Shown in pieces: positions 57,399 through 64,000 of a stretch of 64,000 bases of DNA (position 1 is the stretch's first letter; each line of letters opens with the position of its first letter). The translations under genes and the position numbers were made by a program. The notes beneath the pieces are model-generated. The model had not been told where the DNA came from, ran no database searches, and saw only the letters and a list, made by a program, of their open reading frames with translations. Source of the stretch: an uncultured Planctomycetota bacterium (GTDB taxonomy: Bacteria; Planctomycetota; Planctomycetia; Isosphaerales; Isosphaeraceae); contig CAWGMQ010000008.1 of the NCBI GenBank assembly GCA_963823665.1, positions 1,184,001 to 1,248,000 of the forward strand. The letters are read 5' to 3'.

Positions 57399-57759
57399 TG
57401 TAGCCGCCCATCAAACCGCGCCGCGGACACGAAACCTAACCATCTCTCTCGACTCGCGCCGCAGCATCCTGTAAGCGACTTGCTTCGGCGCCTTCGGCTG
57501 CTTGGGTTGCCACATCCCGATCGCCGCGCCTCCGCAGCCCGCTTGCCGGCCCGGCCTTCCGCCATCTGTCCGAGGCTATCACGGAATGCTCATCGCGAGA
57601 CCTTGCACAAGCCATCCATCGACCTGAGCCGTGCGTGAACGGATCGATACTACATTCGCTCCGGTAACTGGTCAAGCGGCTACTGTGGACAAATTTCCCG
57701 TTCAAGTACCGAGCGGGCGGAGGACACATGCGAGGACATGGCGAGTGCTGTGTCACGAA

Positions 57760-58099
57760 GCACATCTCGCCCGGCTTCGCGATCGCCTGTCGCAGGTCGG
57801 GCTCAAATGGCGTCCCTCGAAACTGGCGCGCCACCCGCTCGGTCCGGAAGAGTGGCAGCAGCTCACCCTGGATCAACTGCCGGAAGGTCAAGTGAAACGT
57901 AGGCTCGGTGTAGTAATATCCCCCTCGGGCCCTGTCGAATGCGATCGGGGCCTTGCACTGGCCGCGCAAGATCTCGAGATCGCGCCGGATCGTGCGAGGA
58001 TCGACCTCGAGATCAAGGGCGAACGTCTTGTCGGTCGGCCATTTCGTCGCCCCGCAGCGCCCGCTCGATCGCCTGCACCCGCCTCAAAGTTGGCCGCAC
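57760..58099 (-). pseudogene. Remnant of an HTH-WYL (YafY-like) regulator; only the N-terminal HTH remains
   Basis: R.LRRVQAIERALR..KWP....A.DLEVDPRTIRRDLE.LR....API.FDR...GYYY...GTPFE; frameshift near 58050; no WYL domain follows. Confidence 0.75.
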
Positions 58100-58235
58100 G
58101 GCGTGATACCGCGTCGCTCGCGGGGGAGGGAAACAGGGTCGCGATTAGTTAGTCTATGAATCTGACCGCTGGATATTGGAAACGTGGTCAGGTCCGGATT
58201 GCTCATAGAGCGCCCCCAAGGACACAGCCCAGCTT

Positions 58236-58640
58236 ATGGACGCTCCATAAGACCTGTTCCTCAACTTGATGACCCGGTGTTTGACGGACTCGATCTACGA
58301 CACGGTCGACGAGCGAGTGCGGGCCGAGGGTCGAGACTGGCCGGCCCGGGCGCACACGATGATCGGCTTCAAACGGTTGGCTAATATTCGAACGTGCGTC
58401 GAGGCGGTTCTGGACGACGGCGTCCCAGGCGATTTGATCGAGACCGGCGTCTGGCGCGGCGGGGCGGCGATCTTCATGCGGGCGATCCTCAAGGCACGCG
58501 CGGTCACCAACCGCGTCGTGTGGGTCGCCGACTCGTTCTCCGGGCTTCCACCACCAGACACAGCCCGGTATCCGCAAGACGAGGGCATCACCCTTCACCA
58601 ATCTCCCCAGTTGGCCGTGCCGCTCGAACGCGTGCATCTT
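58236..58640 (+). pseudogene. TylF/MycF/NovP-family O-methyltransferase fragment
   Basis: DWPARAHTMIG, VPGDLIETGVWRGG, VWVADSFSGLP; TAA after codon 4 and C-terminal half missing. Confidence 0.85.
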
Positions 58641-58928
58641 AGCCTGACAATTTCCCCGGCCATCCCGCCGGCGGCGACCATCGCCCGACGTGCGGAAAGT
58701 CTCTCCCAGCGCGGGCCGATGGTTGAAAGAGCTGCATTCCCCAAATTCGATTCCTCCCCTCCCAGTACTTCAGAACCGCCGCCAAGGCACGCCAACGCGA
58801 TGAACGCGTTCCTCACCGGCCCCCCGTTGTCGCCCCCATTTGCGACGGCGCAACGCGGCCCTTTACCCATATGAGCTGCAAACCCGCTAATCCTGATCGG
58901 GCTCCGGCGGAATCCGTCCCGGCTTCTG

Positions 58929-60815
58929 TCAATTGGAGTCGGAATTGGCATGGTCCGCACCCAGGTGCCGGCGGACCACCTCCGCCTCTCGCCCAAGCTC
59001 GCGGGCATGGTTCGTCTCGCCAAGGGCGCGCGCCGTTTCGCTCGAGTTGCTGAGGACGTCCGCCAGCTCTTTCTGCGACCGAGCGTCGCCGGCCTCGAGT
59101 TGGATGCATCGCCGCAGATGCTTGACGGCCCTCTCATACGCCCACTCGGCCTCCGGCAACCGGTCTGTATTCACAAAAAGGTCACCGAGCCGGTGGTACG
59201 CTCCGGCGAGCGATTGCAGGCTGTCATGCCGGTCGGGTTGTGCGCGAACGGTTGCATCGCCCGCCTGCACGGCCCGTCGAAGCTCTGCCTCAGCCGAACG
59301 ATTGACGGCGAGACGAAGCACCCGGCGATTCTCTCCATCGAGAGCCGCCACCGGTGCATTCCCGGAAAGGGGCCCAATTCTGCCGTAGCGAATTGCCAGT
59401 AGAGCTGCTGACGCACCCACCGCCGAGGCCGTGACTGCGAGAAAAGCCATGAGGAACACCAACCGATGGCGGCGACAAAAGCGAGTTACATGCGCCCACG
59501 CCCCCGGCGCACGGGCGGAAATCGGGCTGCCACTCTGGAATCGACGGAGGTCGTCCGCCATGTCTCGGGCCGTGGCGTAGCGTTTGCGAGGGTCTCTCGC
59601 CATCGCCGTGAGACAAACGGTTTCGAGGTCGCGCGGGACCGTGGGATTCAACCGCCTGGGAGGCACTGGCTCGGCGGTCCTGAGGAGCTGCATCGTCTCG
59701 AAGACATCGGGGCCAGGGAACGGGGCCTCTCCGGTAAGAAGCGCGTAGAGCGTTGCACCAAGGCTATAAACATCGGTGGCAGGACCGACCGCGTCGAGTC
59801 GCCCTTCTGCCTGCTCCGGGCTCATGTAGCTCGGGGTACCAACGATCTGGCCGGCATGGGAAAGCGTTGCCTCGGCACTATCAACCCAGGAACGAGCCAG
59901 GCCGAAATCGATCAGGTGCGGCCATAGTTCCTGGTCGATCAAGATGTTCGATGGTTTGACGTCGCGATGGACGATGCCCAAGCTGTGCGCGTAATGAATG
60001 GCGTCGGCAACACGCGCGATGATCCCAGCCAGATCATTGGGGGCAAGCCGACCGTGCGGTCGTGCGTACTCGGAGAAACTCTTGCCCTCAACGAACTCGC
60101 TGACGATGTAAGGCATGCCATTGACCTGGCCGATGTTGTAGATCTGTGCGATCGATGGATGCTTGAGACTGGCCGAGATCCGGGCCTCACGGAAGAGCCG
60201 GTTCATGCGGTCATCATGTACACTGCCGAACTCGCGAATGATCTTGATGGCAACAATCCGGTCGAGCGCGACATCGCGCACCTTGAATACGACTCCCATG
60301 CCGCCGGTCCCGATCCGTTGGATGATCTGATAATCGCCGAAAGTGGCCGGCACGTCAGACCAGCTTCCGGCCGTACTCACTCCGAGATCAAGCGGGCGCG
60401 TGGAACCGGCTGACGGGTACGAGCCAACCGTGTCTGCTGGATCGGCGATACTGTCGGCCATCCAGGCCTGGGAGGCCAATAGGGCGTTCGGGGCATGGGA
60501 CCTCGTGGATTGGGAATCCACGCGGAGACCAATCCCAGTAACGGACGCCTCCGAGACTGAAACGCTATCGGGGACGGGCCTGTCCACGGAGTTTTGCTCG
60601 ACGTCTTCGAGCGTTTCCTCGTTCTTCCAGCCCGTCGGCTCCGGTTCCTCGACCGCGCGCCCGACGACATGGCCAATCGCACGCTCGGCGGCCTGGCACT
60701 GAGGGCATGACGCGATGTGCAGGCGCTCGCGGGCTCGCCAGGAGTCGCCTCCGGCGACCTCCCAGAACCGGCTGGGCGCAGGGCACGGTGGTGTGTCACC
60801 CGTTTCGGAAGTCAT
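58929..60815 (-). CDS. Ser/Thr kinase with an N-terminal zinc-finger anti-sigma-like motif, a TM helix and a TPR-like tail
   Basis: HIASCPQC (HxxxCxxC); IGTGGMG, HRDVKPSN, DFGLA, GTPSYMSPE. Confidence 0.9.
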   Translation of the reverse strand: MTSETGDTPPCPAPSRFWEVAGGDSWRARERLHIASCPQCQAAERAIGHVVGRAVEEPEPTGWKNEETLEDVEQNSVDRPVPDSVSVSEASVTGIGLRVDSQSTRSHAPNALLASQAWMADSIADPADTVGSYPSAGSTRPLDLGVSTAGSWSDVPATFGDYQIIQRIGTGGMGVVFKVRDVALDRIVAIKIIREFGSVHDDRMNRLFREARISASLKHPSIAQIYNIGQVNGMPYIVSEFVEGKSFSEYARPHGRLAPNDLAGIIARVADAIHYAHSLGIVHRDVKPSNILIDQELWPHLIDFGLARSWVDSAEATLSHAGQIVGTPSYMSPEQAEGRLDAVGPATDVYSLGATLYALLTGEAPFPGPDVFETMQLLRTAEPVPPRRLNPTVPRDLETVCLTAMARDPRKRYATARDMADDLRRFQSGSPISARAPGAWAHVTRFCRRHRLVFLMAFLAVTASAVGASAALLAIRYGRIGPLSGNAPVAALDGENRRVLRLAVNRSAEAELRRAVQAGDATVRAQPDRHDSLQSLAGAYHRLGDLFVNTDRLPEAEWAYERAVKHLRRCIQLEAGDARSQKELADVLSNSSETARALGETNHARELGREAEVVRRHLGADHANSDSN

Positions 60816-61419
60816 GGCCGTTGTGCGATTCCCCGTCACGCCCGCGAACTTTCAAGATCAGGCGCTTGAGCTCCTTGCGGGCACGATTGAGACGACTGTT
60901 GAACGCAGCAAGGGAGATTTCCAGTGCTTGCGCGATATCGTACTGGGTTCCTTCCTTCCGGAGGTAGTATCGCTCGAGGACGTCTCGCTCCTCATCCGAC
61001 AGTAAACTCAGCGCGAGATCAAGCTTGCGACTCCTCTCCGCCTCGATCATCGCGCCCAACGGATCGCGGGCCTTATGATCGACCGGCACCGCCGAATGCG
61101 ATCCCCGCGAGCTCTCCCTCTCCGCTCGCGCGCTCAAGTCATCGAGGCTGATCGAGTTACTCTCCTTCGCCCGCCAGCAATCAAGAATGAGCCGACGTGC
61201 AGTCGTGAACACCCACGCACGGGCGTGAGGATGCCTGGGATCGAATTTCTCGTCGGTCCAGGCTTGCAAGAACGTCGCCTGCACAATGTCCTGGGTTAGA
61301 TGGTCGGACCCGACCCGGCTCCGGACAAAACCGCGGAGCTCGTTTTCGTGAGTGCGCACGAACGCCACAAATGCCTGCTGCCTCTCCGGTTGGGGAAAAG
61401 CCGCGCCGTTGAGCCCCAT
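60796..61419 (-). CDS. ECF sigma-70 factor
   Basis: LRGFV...TQDIVQATFL..W..RAWVFTTARR; LSDEERDVL...IAQALEIS...SRLNRAR. Confidence 0.9.
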   Translation of the reverse strand: MGLNGAAFPQPERQQAFVAFVRTHENELRGFVRSRVGSDHLTQDIVQATFLQAWTDEKFDPRHPHARAWVFTTARRLILDCWRAKESNSISLDDLSARAERESSRGSHSAVPVDHKARDPLGAMIEAERSRKLDLALSLLSDEERDVLERYYLRKEGTQYDIAQALEISLAAFNSRLNRARKELKRLILKVRGRDGESHNGHDFRNG

Positions 61420-62010
61420 CGTTGAGTTCCCCTCGAGGTGCCGAGATCGCGGTGTGACCGCGAACCATCAATCCTGCGCGAGTATAGGGTCGAGTGCGCA
61501 ATTCCTTTCCGATTATTTTCCCGAAGCTCAAAAAATATAGCTTCGGCGAACCCGCCCGGTTCACTGTCCATTCACAGTTCAGAAAAAAGAAAGGCTCCAC
61601 GCGTTCGACCATATTCAGTGGTGTTGAACGGAGTGGTCCGGCCGGATCGAGTTTTCAGACCTGACCGGACGCGGCACGAGGCGAGGCTCCATGCCCGCAG
61701 GTGCACCACATTCCGTGCACTCGATCGCTTTTTGACCGGTTTTCAGTCCATTGTACGGAGATCAACCCATGCGCGACCATTCGGATACGCACATCGATCG
61801 GGGCCCAGATCAGACCTCATATTGCGACTGGTCCAACCCGATGCCCTGGGAGCTACCCACATCGACCGACAACCGTGACAGGTCTGCGCCGACGCCGACC
61901 ATGCCGCGTGATGCGACGAAAAGCTGGCCAGGTTCCCCTTCCGAGCCGATTCGCAGATTCCAAGCCGATGGATCGATCACACAGACCGAGTACCGCACGC
62001 CCGAGCCGGA

Positions 62011-62658
62011 GTGCGCCCCACGCCTTCGCAACGAAGCGCGACCAGGTCTCGCGTCATTTCCCTCGTCGGGAACACGTCGACGGCACTTGGATTGGCGATC
62101 TTGCTCGGTTTGTTCGTCGGACCGCGCACCGTGATGCGGAGAGCCGAAGAGGCTGCGTTCGCCTCGTGGAGAGCGGTTGGCGATGCACTCGCGAACCGCG
62201 AGCTTGGCGAGATTTCAGAACAACTGGACCGCGATCGGCACGATGCAGAGTGTCTTCGTTCCTTGCGAGACTCCCTCTGGGCGCGATTGGAATCGCTCGC
62301 GATGCAGCGCGAGCGTGTCGTGCTCGAACTCAGAACCCGCGGACCGCGGCTTGCTTGCGATTCCGATTGTGAATTGCCGCGCCTGGACGCCGCGATTGCC
62401 CTGGTGAATTCCGCGATTGCACGCGCCGACCGTGCGCTGGACGGGACCAGAGAAGATCTGCGCGGGCGCGAGGTCGAGTTGATCACGCTCCAGGCCGAGG
62501 CGGACTTGAACCGCGCAAACCTCGTGCTAGCCAAACCGATTGGCGACCCGATGCTGTGGTCGACCCGGATCGCGCGCGTCCGCGACCTGCTCGGGACCCC
62601 GCTCGACGATCGCGACGTGCGCCGCAGCGCTCTCGAATCGCCTATCAGCGGCGAGTGA
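62011..62658 (+). CDS. Hypothetical protein with a TM helix and coiled coil (start uncertain)
   Basis: ALGLAILLGLFV followed by heptad-rich sequence. Confidence 0.45.
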   Translation: MRPTPSQRSATRSRVISLVGNTSTALGLAILLGLFVGPRTVMRRAEEAAFASWRAVGDALANRELGEISEQLDRDRHDAECLRSLRDSLWARLESLAMQRERVVLELRTRGPRLACDSDCELPRLDAAIALVNSAIARADRALDGTREDLRGREVELITLQAEADLNRANLVLAKPIGDPMLWSTRIARVRDLLGTPLDDRDVRRSALESPISGE

Positions 62659-62770
62659 CATCCTCGACAAGTGTGGCGTTGGGTCCGACCGACTTCAACC
62701 TGCGCGACACAACCCACTTCGGCTGGCTCCGCCACGCCGCCGCGAAGTCGTGTTCCTCCGCGCCCCAACG
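62655..62770 (-). pseudogene. Dihydrofolate reductase/RibD C-terminal family fragment
   Basis: EHDFAAAWRSQPKWVVSR.LKSVGPNATLVEDV. Confidence 0.6.
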
Positions 62771-62819
62771 CCTCTCGTGAAGGGAGGGTCTACGCACACC
62801 ACGATTCCCGCTCTCAGTC

Positions 62820-63150
62820 CTACTCGAGTCGAGCCACACCATTCCCCGGCTTCGGGAACCGGACGAACACCTCCGGGTCGTGTCCCGGGATGATCAATCG
62901 AGGGTTGGTCGCGAGCTGCTTCATCCGGTCCTGCGCAGCCAGGTTTGACTTGGCGTCGAGCGTAACCGCGATCGGCACGTGCTTGTCGAGGTTCTCGTAC
63001 AGATAGACGTTGTCCGACGCCACCACCATGCGGCCCGACTTCGTATTTACGCCCACGTACTGCGACGCGAACGTGTGCTTCCCTCCGGCGTAAACCGTCA
63101 CTCCCAGTATGATCTCCTTGGCATCGCCGTCGACCAGACGAACACGGCTC
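62820..63150 (-). pseudogene. C-terminal fragment of a metallo-beta-lactamase-fold N-acyl homoserine lactonase family protein
   Basis: GGKHT..SQYV.V.T..G..VVASDNVYLYEN...IIPGHDP; the N-terminal HxHxDH motif is absent. Confidence 0.7.
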
Positions 63151-63270
63151 GAGCGGTGTGTTGACACTGTCGATCGCCGGTGTCGATACACTCCGCCGGC
63201 GGAGCAGCTTGGCGGCAGCAGCCGGGAAATATGAGATTGCATTTTATGCCGTACGCGGTATATTCTACTA

Positions 63271-63618
63271 ATGGCAAAAGCGCCCGCTCAGAAGCCCGTG
63301 TTTTGGCTTAAGACTGAAGTCAAGACGCCTCCGTACTCGAAAGCGGCCAGGGTGGAAGCGGGGATGCTGCTTCGTCGTCTCCAGAGGGGCGAGTCACTCG
63401 GGATGCCGCACTCGCGTCCCATGTCGACTATCGGCACGCGTTGCCACGAACTTCGGGTGCGCGACGAGAACCGGGGTTGGCTGCTCATTTACCGGATCGA
63501 CCCTGACGCAATCGTTGTCGCGGTGGGATTCTTGAAGACAACCGAGCAGACGCCTGATTCGGTTATAGACAAGGCGAAAAAGCGCCTGCGGGAGTACGAC
63601 GACGTTGAATCAAAATAA
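63271..63618 (+). CDS. Type II TA toxin, RelE/ParE (Gp49/HigB-like) family
   Basis: LQRGESLGMPHSRPM..IG..CHELRVRD...LIYRID...FLKTTEQTP. Confidence 0.9.
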   Translation: MAKAPAQKPVFWLKTEVKTPPYSKAARVEAGMLLRRLQRGESLGMPHSRPMSTIGTRCHELRVRDENRGWLLIYRIDPDAIVVAVGFLKTTEQTPDSVIDKAKKRLREYDDVESK

Positions 63619-63632
63619 TAGGAAATATAATT

Positions 63633-64000
63633 ATGAATGCGCGGAAGAAAAAGGCGCTCGCTGCGGCCGGATGGGTCTCAGGCGACGCCGAAGACTACCT
63701 CGAGCTCAGCGCGGAGGAACGTTGTCTGGTTGAATTGCGCCTCGCGGTCAGCCAGGCTATGCACTATCGACGCAAACAGGGCAACCTCACCCAGCAGGAT
63801 GTGGCCAAGAAATTAGGGACGAGTCAGTCGCGCGTCGCGAGGATGGAAGCTGCATCCTCGGACGTGTCACTCGACTCGCTGTTTACGGGGCTGTTTGCTC
63901 TTGGCGGAAGCATGAAGGATCTCGCGGGAGGGCCCCCGAGCGGGAATGTCTTACCGCCCAGCACGCCCAGCACGCGCGGCGTGAAATATAGGATCAAAGG
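63633..64000 (+). CDS. XRE-family HTH antitoxin (runs off the window end)
   Basis: ATG at 63633: KKKAL.AAGW...LELS.EE..LVELR...LTQQDVAKKLGTSQSRVARME..SDVSLD. Confidence 0.9.
   Translation, partial: MNARKKKALAAAGWVSGDAEDYLELSAEERCLVELRLAVSQAMHYRRKQGNLTQQDVAKKLGTSQSRVARMEAASSDVSLDSLFTGLFALGGSMKDLAGGPPSGNVLPPSTPSTRGVKYRIK

Noticed and set aside
35716..58149. Possibility of a CRISPR-associated transposon (CAST)
   Set aside because: No tnsA/B/C or tniQ; cas3 is present; the IS4 is self-contained with its own TIRs and TSD.

Overview
GC-rich window that looks like a Planctomycete (Isosphaeraceae-like). The evidence is ECF sigma/Ser-Thr kinase pairs, a PEP-CTERM protein, DUF1080, Uma2 and a cytochrome-c sugar dehydrogenase. 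Many single-base frameshifts, even in pgi, pgm, priA and cas3, suggest long-read indel errors. The left part holds an orphan, partly duplicated cas6 fragment, a REP and repeat-rich non-coding block, housekeeping genes (ackA with an internal deletion, glgP, pgm, pgi, priA, nadD), and an IS4-family element inserted into a REP hairpin. The right part holds a minus-strand type I-B CRISPR-Cas locus: WYL remnant, cas1, cas2, ECF-sigma-like gene, mini-CRISPR, cas6, cas8, cas7, cas5, cas3, cas4, leader, and an array of about 125 repeats. The most striking signal is the ECF-sigma-like gene inside the cas operon. It is followed by a degenerate CRISPR repeat whose spacer matches the gene's own 5' region at 13/15 nt, with mismatches exactly at positions 6 and 12 and an adjacent TTG candidate PAM. 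This suggests a Cascade-repressed sigma-factor circuit. All calls come from reading motifs by eye; no database searches were run.
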